64,000 nt of DNA from the human T2T-CHM13v2.0 reference genome, Homo sapiens. The stretch lies in NCBI RefSeq assembly GCF_009914755.1, contig NC_060929.1; one strand, 5' to 3'. The position numbers and the translations under genes are program-made. Below, one piece after another: positions 1-20,655 of this stretch. The stretch's first letter is position 1. The number at the start of each line of letters is the position of its first letter. The notes beneath the pieces were generated by a model. It ran no database searches. It saw only the letters and a list, made by a program, of their open reading frames with translations, and was not told where the DNA came from.

Positions 1-753
1 GTTTTTTTTTCCTTTTCTCTTTTTCTCTGTCTCTGCTTGTTTCTCTGAGAAGATAAAAGCTGGCCTTTGGCTCCCCGCTAGGGGACAGGCCCATTACAGC
101 CCTCTGTTCCTTTCCCTGCTTTCTCTGACACTGTGAGGCTGAGACACAGTGAGTCCTGCTCAGCTGGGCCTGTGTTCATCCCATTAGCATTGTGGCCACT
201 TCAGGGCCTCTGGGATTGAGTTCTCTGGAGCCAGAACAGTTTCATAACCCCTAGAGGAGGCCAAAGTCGTCCCAGCCTTCTGGGTCCAAAGGTTCTCTCC
301 CATGTGGCTCCTGCCTCAATAACCTACCTCCATTTTTTTTTTTTAGTTTGTTTCTGCCTCAGGCACATTTTCTCTGTAATTTTTGGAACCCAAATATAAG
401 GGAAATCTCATTTGCTCCGTTCTGACTCATTTACAATTAAATACACTTGTTCCCATCTGTGTCTGTATACATCTGCATATATTTGCTAAAGCATCGCCCT
501 TAATTTTGGAAAATGAGGCGGCTGGTGTTATTTTTATCCTGACTGCCAAGTTGGCTGAGAAGACCAGTGGGTGTTCACCCACCCAGTGACGACCCCTGGC
601 CAGGCCTGTGCCTGAGGGAGGTGGTGACATTTCTCCCATGCATAGAACATGCAGACCCCTGGACAGTTGTGGCCTTCGTGATTGCTGTCTTTAGGGGTCC
701 AGTTACCATGACTAGGCGTGTTCCTGTCCATCTCGGTGCCGAGGCTTCACTGA

Positions 754-1167
<414 letters not shown>

Positions 1168-2824
1168 TGAGGAAGCAATGCCAGGTCATCACAGCCCCAT
1201 CCCCTCCAAGGCCAGGAGAAGAGAAGAGATGTCTTTACTGTTCAGAAGGATGTGGTGGCATGTGTGGGCGCCTGCCTCACCTACGTACCTAAAAATACCA
1301 TACTGTGGTTGTCTACCTCTTTTTTTTTTTTTAAATCGAGTTACACTGTAAAGATATTCACATTTAATGAGATGGTGGTGCCTGTCAGCACACTTAGAAC
1401 CCTTTTGATATTATCATTGAATACTTTTATTTATGCCCAGGTGCTAAAATAGAACTTGGCCAACAAGAATTACAGGATGCAGAAAATAAAATGTCTACTC
1501 CTGACAATAAAAAAAAAAGTTAACATCAAAACAATATTGGAAACAACACTTACTTCCTGCTGACCTACAACCTTCTCTTGAAAATTCTGTGATGGGCAGT
1601 GCTGCTGCTGACATTGATAAATAATTCAGATTGATTCAGGGAAATGCTGGGCTTTTACATTTTTTCTGCACCACTTCCAAGATGCTAGACTCCATACTTC
1701 ATGTTGAACCAACCGCACTCCTGAGAAGAGATGGCTTAGAATGATCCCAGGATTGTCCGAAGTGTCTTCCTCTTACCTGAGGTCTCTTTAGAGAACCAGT
1801 GATGCCATGGGCACTAGTCACAACTGAGGGTCCTTGTTGTACGTGGCTTTGTCTTGGGCCTATGAACTCCACAAGGGTAGAGAAGCTACCATTTCTGCCC
1901 TTAGAGAGCTTAATTCTTGGCTGATATTTCCAGTCTAAGCCTGTGGATCAATTAGCGCCTCTCCTCCCCTGGAGGGTGTGTAAGTATCTGCTTTTTCCAT
2001 TCATAGCCTCTGCCCAAGAGTTCTTGACTGGTTAAAGTCTTATCCCTTGCTCAGTCTGAGTGGCTGCTACAAACACACACACACGTACTCAATCATACGC
2101 GCAGAGTCAGTAATCGTGTTTGGTGGTTGTAGATAGAGTCATCTGCTCCTTGAGCAACCAAGCCTATTGTACATGGCCCCTATGCCTAGGTTCTAGCTTG
2201 ACAATGTCTCTCGTAAATTTTCCTCTTTTTCCTTACTAACTCCTAGCTGTTCCTCAAGATTTAAACACTACAATTTAAACATCACTTTCTCCAGGAAACC
2301 AGATTGCGCTGGGTGGCCCTCCTCTCCTCTCAGTCTACACAGCAGTGTTTTGTAATTGACTGGAGATGTGTGTTGATAGCCACCACTAAAGTGTATGTTT
2401 TCCATTGACAAAGGCTGTGTTTATCTTGTATTCCTTGTGCTGAATAGTGTTTGTTAAATGAAGTGGATGAATTAATGCACTCCTAAATTAGGTCAGTTTA
2501 TGAAATCCGAGCTCTACAGAGTCAACTGTACCCAATTAATACTATGAGAGTAGCCAGTTTCCTGAAAAAGAAAGATATACTGGATATGTACACATAAACA
2601 TCTACAGAGATGCACCCCAAAATGAAAATCTAGGGTAATGGAATAACAGGTGAATTTAATTTTCTTCTTTCTCCTTATCTATGTTTTCTAAATTTTCTAT
2701 ATTGAAATAGCTACATATCTACATGTATACAAATATATACGCTAGGTAGCAAAAGAAATTTTAAAAAGAATATATGATCCACGATTATTCTATATAACTA
2801 TCTTAAATTGTTTTTACAAATTTA

Positions 2825-3082
<258 letters not shown>

Positions 3083-3254
3083 TCACTTGAACCCAGGAGT
3101 CCAAGGTTGCAGTGAGCCGATCGATCGCACCACTGCATTCCAGCTTGGGTGACAGAGCAAGATTCCGTCTCCAAAAAAAAAAACAGAGGCTGTCATGTCA
3201 GTACAGTCCTCTAAGAAACAAACACTAAGCTGAGTTTAGGCATGCAAGACATTA

Positions 3255-5345
<2,091 letters not shown>

Positions 5346-6066
5346 TGTGTAGTATAATGGTTAAAAGGTTGGCCTCTGGACTCAGGTTGCCTGGGTTCAA
5401 CACCCTGCGCTGGCACTTTCTGTCTGTGACTATGGTGAAATTATGCAACTTCCCTGTGCCTTACTTTCTTTATCTATAAAACAGGGGTGATGATGCTAGT
5501 ATCTACCTTGTAGAATTATTACATACATGAACGAATTTGTGAATGTTCCTAGCATGTTGCCTGTCAGGCCAGGTGCAATGGCTCACGCCTTGTAGTCCCA
5601 GCACTTTGGGAGGCCGAGGCAGGCCGATTACCTGAGGCCAGGAGTTCGAGACCAGCCTGGCCAACATGGTGAAACTCTGTCTCTACCAAAAATAAAAAAG
5701 TAGCTGTGTGTGGTGGTGCACACCTGTAATCCTAACTACTCAGGAGGCTGAGGCTTAGGCAAGAAAACTGCTTGAACCAAGGAAGTGGAGGTTGCAGTGA
5801 GCCAGCCTGGGTGACAGAGCGAGACTCAGTCTAAAAAAAAAGAAGAATGTATCCCGTCATAAAGTATGCTGCATGTAAGGATTTGGTTAGTATCACTGTA
5901 AAGCATTTTTTGTGTATAGACAATGTGATAACGTGATAATGTTTTACAGAGATTACTTCAAAAGAGCCTCCTCAAAACCCTTTAATTCATGTAATAATTT
6001 CTCCATTTAGAAAGGGGGAAACTGAGGCTTGGTGGACCACACAGCCAGTAAGAAGTAGAGTCCTGA

Positions 6067-6492
<426 letters not shown>

Positions 6493-6526
6493 TAAGAGTT
6501 CCCTCTGGACCTGGTCTTCAGGGACA

Positions 6527-6590
6527 TCTTCATCATCATCATTATCAAAATTGCCATCATCCTCAGCATCATCAGCATCAGCATCATCCA
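6527..6590 (+). repeat. Degenerate (CAT)n/(CAG CAT)n low-complexity repeat
   Basis: catcttcatcatcatcattatc…cagcatcatcagcatcagcatcatc. Confidence 0.8.
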
Positions 6591-8256
6591 AAATGGCTTT
6601 ATTAAAAGCAACTAATTACACATTCTGCTGTTCTATATTTTAGACAACAATAATTACACAGACTTCGAGGAGTTTAGCAACTGAAAGTTGGATGAGCCTG
6701 TTAAGGGCTCCCAAGTAGCATAATAAAGACACAGCTATTAAGCTATTGAGTCTTAGAGAGGTCCAGCAGCCTGCCCAACTAGACACCAACAGGAGTTTCT
6801 CTGAGACTGACAGATAGGCTGAAACCTACGTTCCTTGCCCCTAGGCCCCAGTGAGATAAGGATAGAGGACGTGCTTGGTGGAGTGGGGAGCACTTTGCAA
6901 ACTTCAGCTGGCACTTTTCTGGGCCTCTTTGATAGATCCTGCCAGAGTTGATAGTGAGAATGCTTCTATACTTCTCACCCAGTAATTAACTGCTCTCTTC
7001 CACTTGGCAGTAGGCAGATAGTGAGAAGCAGGGTCTTTTTGGCCACATCCACCTCTTTTTGCTCTTAATTTTGAGAATTTAATATGGTGTTATTTTCCTG
7101 GTTTGGCCTATAGGAAGGGGTTGCCTCTCTGCTGTAGGCTTAAGGTTTATGACAGCTCTTCCTACCATTGCTATAAAAATGACTAGTGTCCTAATCCATG
7201 TTTCTCTGAACCACATCTTGGTATTTGGTCAACCGACAAACATTAGTGAAGCACCTGCTGTGTGCTGGTTATTGTGTTGTGTGCTGGGCGTCAGGAAGCG
7301 AAAGGATGTCTTCCTGCAGCTTACAGACAGGTGATACAGATGTCAGATAAACATGTCATTGCAGTTCAGTGAGATGAGCCTTGACAGAGGTATGTGCTAG
7401 GATTGAATATGTGGGAGAAGTTCAGAATCCGGAATAAAAGGGAGAATAAGCATAGGAGCAAGGAGGTGGGTGCTGAGGAGAGAAGGAGAGACAGTCCAGG
7501 CTGAAGGAAGTAGTGGCCTCAATTACTGAGGCAGGTCTAAAGACCTCCATCCCTCCAAAGCTCAGGGAGCAAGGACAGGATGGAAGGGAATGAGGCTGCA
7601 AATATAGGCTAGGACCAATCCTTCGTTCATTCAGCACCTACAATGTGCCACACGTTGTTCTAGATACTGGGGATAAAACAGTGAACAAGACAGACAAAGC
7701 CTCTGCTATCAGGCCACATCCTGGAAGACGAAGACCAATAAGCAACTGGACAAACAGATAATTTTATAATGGTGATGTGCTATGAAGAAAATACAATAGG
7801 GTGATGGGAAGGAGAGCAACTATTCAGATACCTTAGACTGGGTGGTCAGGAAAGGCATTTTGAGGAAGGTGACATTTGATTTGAGACCTGAATGCAAAGA
7901 AGATACTGCCACAGGAAGATCTAGGGGAAGAACCCTATAGGCAGGTGGACAGCTGGTGGAAAGAAGCAGCTCCCAAAGGGCCCTGCAGGCCACACTGCAT
8001 TGTTGAGATTCATCTTATAAAAATGGGAAGCCATGGGGGACAGAGGACCTGCCTAGACCACGTTTTAGAAAGCTTACCCTGGTCTCCTGAGCTTCAGCCT
8101 CAGTGGAGACACAGGTCCCTGGAAGGGCAGAGCAGTCGGAAGACAATGCCCAGCACCCGGTGGAAAAAAAGTCTATGGGCTGGGCACCGTGGCTCACGCC
8201 TGTAATCTCAGCACTTTGGGAGGCTGAGGCGAGTGGATCATGAGGTCAGGAGATCA

Positions 8257-8454
<198 letters not shown>

Positions 8455-8989
8455 TCAAAAAAAAAGAAAGGACTGCTGGGGGTGAATGATAGTAGTCAGG
8501 GGTGTCATGGCCTCACCCTAAGCAAATTATTGAAGGACCTTTGATAACTAAAGAGACCTTGCATTGTGGTGCAACATTATGCTCCATTAGGCAGAGGAAA
8601 CTGGAGTCCCTGGCATGCCCAGTCCTGGAGTCAACGATGGGTTGTTGCTCAGTACAACAAGCAGATGCCTCCAAATTCAGGGCTCTTGCTGTTCCAGGCC
8701 TGGGCCCTGGACAGCGAGGAGAGGCAGTAATGGGGTGGCCAGTGTCATTTGCCAAACGGGTCCTCACCCATCTCAAAAAAAATCCCAAAAGGAATTTTCT
8801 GAGGGCATAACGCCCACTCTCAGTAGAATTGCCATGCTGGATAAAGTGTGGCATCGTGTGGGGGCTTAGCCCAGCCTCCTCTCTGCGGCCAGAGCAGTCT
8901 CTAATGCTCCATCTGACCAGGTCACTCTCCTGCTTGAACTCCTTCAGCTATTCCTTACTGCCCTTAGCATGCCCTTCTTAGCATGTTAG

Positions 8990-9292
<303 letters not shown>

Positions 9293-10010
9293 TGATCTGC
9301 CCGCCTCGGCCTCCCAAAGTGCTGGGATTACAGGCATGAGCCACTGCACCTGGTCTGAACCACTTGTTTTTCCTTCCAATCCACTATGTTCTGTTGCCTC
9401 CATGCTTTTTTTTTTTTTTTTTTTGTACAGGGCCTTGCTCTGTCACCCGGGCTGGAATGCAATGGTGCCACCATGGTTCACTACAGCCTCGACTTCCCTC
9501 CCACCTCAGTTTCCTGGGTAGCTGGGACCACAGGTGCACGCCACCATGCCCAGCTTCTTTTTTTTTTTCAATTTTTTTTTTTTTTTTTTTGGTAGAGACA
9601 GGGTTTCACTATGTCATCCAGGTTGGTCTTGAATTCCTGGGCTCAAACGGTCCACCCATCTTGGCCTCCCACAGTGCTGGGATTACAGGTGTGAGCCACC
9701 ACACCCAGCTGCCTGTGTGCCTTTGCACAAGCTATCTGCTGCTCTGGAATGCTTTCCTTCCACCCCAGCTCCTCCTCAGCTGGCTCACTCCTACTCATCC
9801 TTCTGGACTCAGCTTAGATGCTGGAAAGTCTTTCCTGACCCACAGAGTTGGAGCTGGGCTGGAGCTCAATGGGTCCACAGCACTCTTCCCCTCTCTCTCT
9901 CTCTTTTTTTTTCTCCCGAATCCCTGATATGATAGTACCCCTCTCTTTTACCTACTCAACTACTTACATGCAACCCGTCTTCAGGCATCAGCTCAAACAG
10001 CTTCTCCTGA

Positions 10011-10409
<399 letters not shown>

Positions 10410-11079
10410 TAACTCATATGACAATAGGTAATGATAGGTCTGTAAGAGCATTTCATTAATGTCTGTCTCCCACACTACTCTGTAAACACTGTAGGTGGAT
10501 GTGTCTTGTCTGCTTAGGTCACCATTGGGTCCCAAGAGTTTGGCACATAAATATTTACTAAACGAATAAATGAATGAATTCCTCTGGGTTCCCATAACTT
10601 ATGGATATTTCCCCTAGCACCATACTTAGCTCATTACAAGGGCCCATGTTCTTCTTTGTCTCCCCAGCTGACCTATAAGCTCCTTGAGTGGCGGGATGAT
10701 ATTTTGCCAGTGTGACTTGCCAGTGCTTGTCCCATTGCTTAGCAATTAGGCACTCAAAGAATATTTTTGCATAGATGAATAAATGAATAAATGATGATAG
10801 GCCAGGCGCGGTGGCTCATGCCTATAATCCCAGTGCCTTGGGAGATGGAGGTGGGTCGATCCCTTAAGCCCAGGAGTTTCAGAACAGCCTGGGCAACATG
10901 GTAAAACCTGTCTCTATAAAAACACAAAAATTTACCTTAGGGTGTGGTGGCATGCACCTGTAGTCCCAGCTCCTTGGGAGGCTGAGTTGGTAGGACCTCT
11001 TGAGCTCTTGAGCCCAGGTGCTAGAGGTTGCAGTGAGCCATGATTGCGCCACTGCACTGCAGCCTGGGTGACAAAGTGA

Positions 11080-11456
<377 letters not shown>

Positions 11457-11490
11457 TATACTTTATTCTTTATACAGCAAAGTGGTCTTA

Positions 11491-11798
<308 letters not shown>

Positions 11799-13292
11799 TC
11801 ACCACTGTATCTCCTGGCTCAGTACAATGCACAGCACATAGTAGGTGCTCCAAAATATTTGTTGACTGGGTCAACAAATGAATGAATGAATATGATAATA
11901 GCTTTTTGTGATAGAGGGCAGGTGCTGCCAGACTTGCAGGCAGACAGAAGAGTGATTTATTGTGCTTAAAGAAAAAGAGAAACTGGACTGCTAAGAACTG
12001 ATGGAGGGAGCCAGGAAGGAATCTAGGTTTGCCAGACTCCACTGTGAGCTCATGGAATCTGGGAATCCCAGGGCCAGCTCATGCCACCTGACTCCAGTCA
12101 ACCCATAATGAAATTCAGTATGCAAAAACCAAAACCAAAGGCTGGGCTGGCTTCTACTTTAAGTCCACCTGTATTCAGAGTGTCCATACAGGGATCTACG
12201 GGGGCATGTAAAGATTCCTGGCAGATGTACCTCTTTGCTCTGTTCCAGAAGGTTTTCTTTTTCTCCAAGTGTCTTGGAATTCACAAGAGATTGTTGTTAG
12301 GCAACAGAAACAATGAAAGAAGACAGGTGACTCATTCACCAATACATCTGAAATCTAAAATGTATTAATTTAATTTGGTTTATATTACCATGAGACAATT
12401 CTTATTTTGATAGCACATTTCCTACCCCTATAAAAATCTAAAAATGCCACACAAAAAAAGAATTTTTACAATGGTGAATACAAAGAGCCAGGTTTCCAAA
12501 ATAAAGCCCACTGATACTTTAAAGAGAAGAAGAAAAACACATACCTCCTCCTCCAACCCTCTCTCCTTTAAAACTATTTCTTTTCAGATATAATTTTGCT
12601 TGGTTGTCACAGTCTTTAACGTTTCCCCCCTAGGTTCTTTTTCTCCTTTGTTATCAACAAAAATATGAGCATGAAAGGGGCGGGAAGTGTTTGTTTTTAT
12701 GTACACATCTTTGATCATATCAGAAAGGGAAGAATCATGAACACCCACTGCTGACTGATTTTAAGAACTAAATCTTGATTCTAGTTTCTACAGGGAAGAT
12801 GAATAACATGAATAAAGAGAAGCTTACACATCTTTCATAAGTGTCAAGGGCCTAAGTTTGGTTCTTTTTATTTAAAATTTAACTCACTGGGTAAAGCCAA
12901 TGGCATCCTCTGTTAGAAGAGGCCTGAAAGGGATGCAAGTGAAGCCCTCGTCCTGGGACCCCCTAACTCCCCAAACAGCCCCACCTGTCAGACCGCTTGA
13001 AGCTGTGCAAAAAGACAAGACGTATATAGCATAAAAACGAGGCATTTAAATCACCTCCATTATGGTATCGTCTTGACAGGAAAACTATTTTGAATGTGGC
13101 TTTTCAAGAAAGATTTTTAAAAACCCATTGACATTTCAGAGGCTAAGTGGGAGTGGTTAAGAGCATGGTTCTGGGCTGGGCGCAGTGACTCACACCTGTA
13201 ATCCCAGCTCTTTGAAAGGCTGAGGTGGGTGGATCACAAGGTCAGAAGTTCAAGACCAGCCTGGCCAATGTGGTGAAACCCTGTCTATACTA

Positions 13293-13460
<168 letters not shown>

Positions 13461-13740
13461 CTAAAAAAGAGGGTGGTTCTGGATTCTGGCAGATCTGGGC
13501 CCCAGCACTGCCACATAATCTCAGCATGACCTAAGTCTCTGTTTTCTTATTTATAGAATGAGGAATACAACATTAACTACTGTAGGATTGTTGAGAGGCC
13601 TGGATGAAATATGAAGCACTTTGCCTGGAGCAGTGGCTCTTGCCTGTAATCCCAGCACTTTGGGAGGCCGAGGTGGGCGGATCACGAGGTCAGGAGATCG
13701 AGACCATCCTGGCCAACATGGTGAAACCCTATCCCTACTA

Positions 13741-13964
<224 letters not shown>

Positions 13965-14094
13965 TCAAAGACTTAGTAAATATGAACTATTATTATTTTT
14001 ACTCATCGAGTGTGTTAATTATTGTATGAGCAAATGAATTAATAAGTTTTAGGTATACATGACTTTGTTTTCTGCTCAGGCTTATATTAGGTAT

Positions 14095-14266
14095 CAGTGA
14101 TTCTCAACTCCGGCTGCACATTAGAATCACCCAGGGAGATTTTTTAAAATGCTAAGTTCCTACTGAAGAACAATTGAATCTGAGTCCTGGGGGTGGTGCC
14201 TGAGTATCATATTTTTTAAAAGCTCTCCAGGTGATTCTTGTGTGCTGCCAGAGTTGAGAATTACTG
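14095..14266. mobile_element. MER5A-like hAT-Charlie MITE
   Basis: Terminal inverted repeats CAGTGATTCTCAACTC / GAGTTGAGAATTACTG; internal ggctgcacattagaatcacc. Confidence 0.8.
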
Positions 14267-14981
14267 GGCTCTACAGAAATGAGGAAATCCTCTGATGTTA
14301 ACTAAACCAACAGACAAAACTAGGGTGGGCAGGCCTCCCCTGCTTTTCTCCCACTCATCTGAAAATAAACTGAAAGGCAACCAGGGCCATCAGGCATTGG
14401 CTAACCCTGATGTGGCCCACACTTTGGTTTTACCTTTTGTTTTTACTGACTCTTGTCTAAATCTAACTCCTTTTGCTGGCTTTCCTCAGGCTAAACCAAG
14501 AGTCCCTTTAACTTTTTCTATGGAACTTAATTGGCGGAGGGGGTGCTCACCACTTCGTGGCCACGAGTAAAGATTTTCCAATCTTCATTACAAAGCTGCC
14601 AAGTCAGCTCTTGTCTTCATCATTCCGACATCTTTACTCATTTTAGTTCTACCTTTCTTTTTTTGTTTTGTTTTTTTTTGTTTTTTGTGATGGGGTCCCC
14701 TCTATTGCCCAGGCTGGGGGAGTGCAGTGGCGCCATCCTGGCTCACTACAACCTCCGCCTCCCAGGTTCAAGTGATTTCTGCCTCAGCCTCCTGAGTAGC
14801 TAGGACTACAGACGTGCGCCACCACTCCCAGCTAATTTTTGTTTGTTTGTTTGTTTAGTAGAGACAGGCTTTCACCATGTTAGCCAGGGTGGTCTGGAAC
14901 TCCCGCCCTCAAGTGGTCTGCCTGCTTCCACCTCCCAAAGTGCTGGGATTACAGGCATGAACCATCTTACCCGGCCAGCCG

Positions 14982-15038
14982 GCCTGCCTGCCTGCCTGCC
15001 TTCCTTCCTTCCTTCCTTCCTTCTTCCCTCCCTTCCTC

Positions 15039-15108
<70 letters not shown>
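14982..15108 (+). repeat. Compound polypyrimidine microsatellite (CCTG)n(CCTT)n(CT)n(CTTT)n
   Basis: Read directly; probably derived from the tail of the adjacent antisense Alu. Confidence 0.92.
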
Positions 15109-15109
<1 letters not shown>

Positions 15110-15414
15110 GACAGAGTCTTGGTCTGTTACCCAGGCTGGAGTGCAGTGACGGGGTTTCACCTTGTTAGCCAGGATGGTCTCAGTCTCCTGACCTCGTGAT
15201 CCACCCGCCTCAGCCTCCCAAACTGCTGGGATTACAGACTTGTGGAGGCCAGGCACTGTGGCTCACGCCTGTAGTCCCAGAACTTTGGGAGGTGGAGGAG
15301 GGCAGATCACTTGAGGTTGGGAATTTGAGACCAGCCATGGTGACACCATGTCTCTACTAAAAATACAAAAATTAGCTGGGTGTGGTGGCGCGCACCTGTA
15401 ATCCCAGCAACTCA

Positions 15415-15522
<108 letters not shown>

Positions 15523-16272
15523 TCAAAAAAAAAAAAAAAGTTGTGGAGTACCTTTCTTAGGGGTTTGGAGTGCCTCAAATGAGACAATATCCAGGAAAGT
15601 GCTTTTTAAACTGTGAAGCTATTTACCAGCATGATAATGAAACAATTATGACAGGTAGGTAAATAATAACAAAGTCCTCATGATGTAGAGAATCTCTAAA
15701 ATGATCTTTGATAGGGTTTTTGTTTTGTTTTTTCCTTAATATTCTTGGCACAGCCTTAAATTTGGTGGGTATGGGCATTATGTTCGGCAACCTAAAGTAA
15801 GTTGAAATCTAAAGTTTCAACCCAAATGCCATCAATTGAAATCAGTGACCAAGTCCTTGGCTTTAATGACACTTGATTTTTCTCCTACGTCTATAGCCCA
15901 TATTCTTTCAGCAAATATTTTTAAAGTGCATTTTATGTTTCAGGCCCTGTGTTAAATTATGGGAGCAAAGAAATCAAAAAATGAGACAAGTTCTTGTCCT
16001 TATGGAGCTCCTCCTAATGGAGGAGGCAGAAAATAAACCAGCAGGCAAACAAGACAATTCTAGAGCAGAACAAGTGCTATAAAGAACAAAAATGCAGTGA
16101 TGTGGTAGAGAGAGACTGGGGTGTTTGAGGTGTGGTCAGGAAAGGCCTCTCTGACCAGATGATATAGAAACTGGCCCTCAGTCGGGCGCGGTGGCTCATG
16201 CCTGTAATCCCGCACTTTGGGAGGCTGAGGTGGGCAGATAACGAGGTCAGGAGATCGAGACCATCCTGGCTA

Positions 16273-16674
<402 letters not shown>

Positions 16675-17253
16675 TTAAATGTTGGGTCTGGACCTTCATG
16701 CTTTCCTAGCACACATTCTCTAAGTGCAGGTGACTTACACATCTTTCTCTCCACACTGGGTCTTTCCTGAGCTCACGTCTGGATATTTCCCTGTCTATAG
16801 AACATTTCCTCATATATGTTTGGTAGGCACTGAAACTAAGCATGACCAAAAATAACTGTCTGCATGACTCTCCACCCACTTCCCCACAAGCTTTACCTCC
16901 AGGGCTCTTTCTCTATCTCTCTGGGTAAATGGCACCACTATTTCCTCACTGATCAAATCAGAAACCTGAAGATGATTCTTGACTTCTCCTTTCCCAGAAC
17001 CTCCATATCCAATCCATCGGCAAGGCCTAGGCTCCTCTGTTCTTCTGCGTAGCTCCCAAATCTATCCACTTCTTTCCATCCCCACGACACTTACATACTA
17101 TATACTACACTATGTACTCTAAACCATCTAATCTGTTTTAAAGACCCCTCTGCTCTACTCTACTCCCCTCCCCTCCCTTTGTTTAACTACTGGAACATTT
17201 GCTGTGTATCCTCACAGACTTAACTACTCATTAATTCAACTGAGTTCCTGTTA

Positions 17254-17634
<381 letters not shown>

Positions 17635-17691
17635 TTACATTTTATTGAGGGAAGACAGACAATAAATAAATAACCATACAATGTGTTAGGT

Positions 17692-17996
17692 CAGCAGTCT
17701 CCAACCTTTTTGGCACCAGGGACTGGTTTTGTGGGAGCAGGGGGAATGGTTTTGGGATGAAACTGTTCCACCTCAGATCATCAGGCATTACAGGCATTAG
17801 ATTCTCATAAGGAGCCCACAGCCTAGTTCACAATAGCATTCATGCTCCTACGAACATCTAATGCCGCCGTGATCTGGCAGGAGGTGGAGCTCAGACCTTA
17901 ATGCTTCCTCACTTGCTGCTCACCTCCTGCTGGGCAGCCTGGTTCCTGGCAGGCCACAGACCTGTACCAGTCTGTTGCCTGGGGTTTGGGGACCCG
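17692..17996 (+). mobile_element. MER1B-like hAT-Charlie DNA transposon fossil
   Basis: Begins cagcagtctccaacctttttggcaccagggactggtttt and ends ggtttggggaccc; 8-bp TSD TGTTAGGT (17684-17691 / 17997-18004). Confidence 0.85.
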
Positions 17997-18679
17997 TGTT
18001 AGGTGGTTGTAAGTGCTCTGAAGTACATTAGGGTAAGGGAATGAAATGGGGAGGAGGAAAGGGAAATGGGTGCTGGTTTTATTTTATTTCTTTAAATTTT
18101 GAGACAGGCTCTCACTCTGTTGCCCAGGCTGGAGTGCAGTAGTGCAATCATAGCTCACTGCAGCCGTGACCTTCTGTGCTCAAGTGATCCTCCTGCCTCA
18201 GCCTCCTGTGTAGCTGGGACTACAAGTGTATGCCATCACACTTAGCTAATTCTTAAATTTTTCATAGAGACAATTTCTTGCTATGTTGCTCAGGCTGGTC
18301 TCAAACTCTTGAGCTCAAGTGATTCTCCCACTTTGGCCTCCCATAGTGCTGGGATTATAAGCATGAGCCTCTGTGACTGGCTGCTGGTGCTATTTTACAG
18401 AGTGGTCAGGGAAAGCCTGTTGGACAACGTGACATTTGGGCAGAGATCTGGGTGATGGAGTGACTAAGGGCTATCAGAGGGATGACCATTCCAAGCAGAG
18501 AGAACTGGAAAGGTAAAGGCCCTGAGGTCTGAGGGTGCTTGATGCCTTACAGGAATGTCTAGACCACAACGTGGGCTTGAATGGAAAGATAGAGAGAAAA
18601 AGCCAAAGACGGGTCTGAGATGACTGGGTGAGATCAAATAAATTTTATTCAGAGTGAGATGGGAAGCACTGGAGGGTGA

Positions 18680-18912
18680 TTTTTTTTTTCCTTTACTTTC
18701 CAACTTTTATTTTTGGTTCAGAGGGTACATGTGCATGGATAAATTAATTGTATGTCATGGGGGTTTGGTGTAAAGATTATTTTGTCACCCAGGTAATAAG
18801 CGTAGTAAGCCATAGGTAGTTTTTCGATCCTCACGCTCCTCCCACCCTCCGCTCTCAAGTAGGCCCAGGTGTCTTCGGTTTTCTCCTTTGTATCCACGCG
18901 TACTCAGTGTTT
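18680..18912 (-). mobile_element. Old L1PA (PA15/16-like) 3' end fragment inserted in L2
   Basis: gggtacatgtgca…tttggtgta…gattattttgtcacccaggtaataagc…cctcccaccctcc…caagtaggccc; flanked by ctggaggg direct repeats. Confidence 0.75.
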
Positions 18913-19776
18913 CTGGAGGGGTTCTGAATAGAGTGGTGTGTTTTCAATGGCTCTGCCACTATGAGAAAAGAGCATTAAGATAATATGTATATGCTGTTCA
19001 AACGTAAATGCAATATTATGTGCATTGCTTCACTATCTTCTTTCTTCCAAAGTGAATTTTTTTAAAAAACAAAATATGATCCTGTCATCCTTTGTTTAGA
19101 ATCCTTTGTGGTTCTCCATTCCCCTAAGGGTCAAGTCTAAACTCTCACCAAGCCCTCCCGAGTCTGGCCTCTACCTACCTCAGCAGCTCCCAAATCACAG
19201 AAAGTTTTTCCTAGATGGGACTCGGGGCCTTCAACCTTCCTTGTTCCCTTGGTCTAAAATGAAGTTATTTCCTTCCCTCCCCATCTACCTTGTCAACATC
19301 GTGCCAAGCACTATTCTAGGCACCAGGGATACAGCACTGAACAAAATAGACAAAAACTCTAGCCCTTGTGTGGCTGAAATTCTAACAGGAATAAGACAGA
19401 AGAAAAGCAATAAATTATATACCATATATGACTATTTTAAATTTTAAATATGTATTAAATATATATTTTTAAAATATGATTTTATATATCAGGAGGGTGA
19501 TATAAGCTAAGGAAAACACTGAACAAGGAAGAGGGGGGTGAGATGTTGAGAAACGGGTTGCAATTCTGAATAAGGTGGCCAAGCGGAAGCCTCACTGAGA
19601 AGGTGCCTGGCAGAGGTGAGGGAGCAAGTCAGGCAGCTATTTGGAGGAGAGCATTCCAGGCAGGAAGCAAACGCCCTAAGGCAAGAGCCTACTTGATAGC
19701 AAAGAGGACACTGTGTCAGAGAAGAGTATCGGGGCAAGTGAGGCCCTTATAAGGCCCTCACTTCTCTGTACTTTGA

Positions 19777-20061
<285 letters not shown>

Positions 20062-20292
20062 TGATCCGCCCGCCTCAGCCTTCCAAAGTGCTAGGATTAC
20101 AGGCATGAGCCACTGTGCCTGGCCACTTGGACTTACTTTCTAACAAGATCACTCAGGCTGCTGAACTTAAACTAGACTGAGGGAGGCAAGTGCAGAAGTA
20201 GGGAGACCAGTTGGGCTCCCCTGGCAAAATTGAGGCTAAGAGATGATGGTGGCTTGATTCAGGATGGTAACAATGGTGATAGTAAAAAGTTA

Positions 20293-20655
<363 letters not shown>

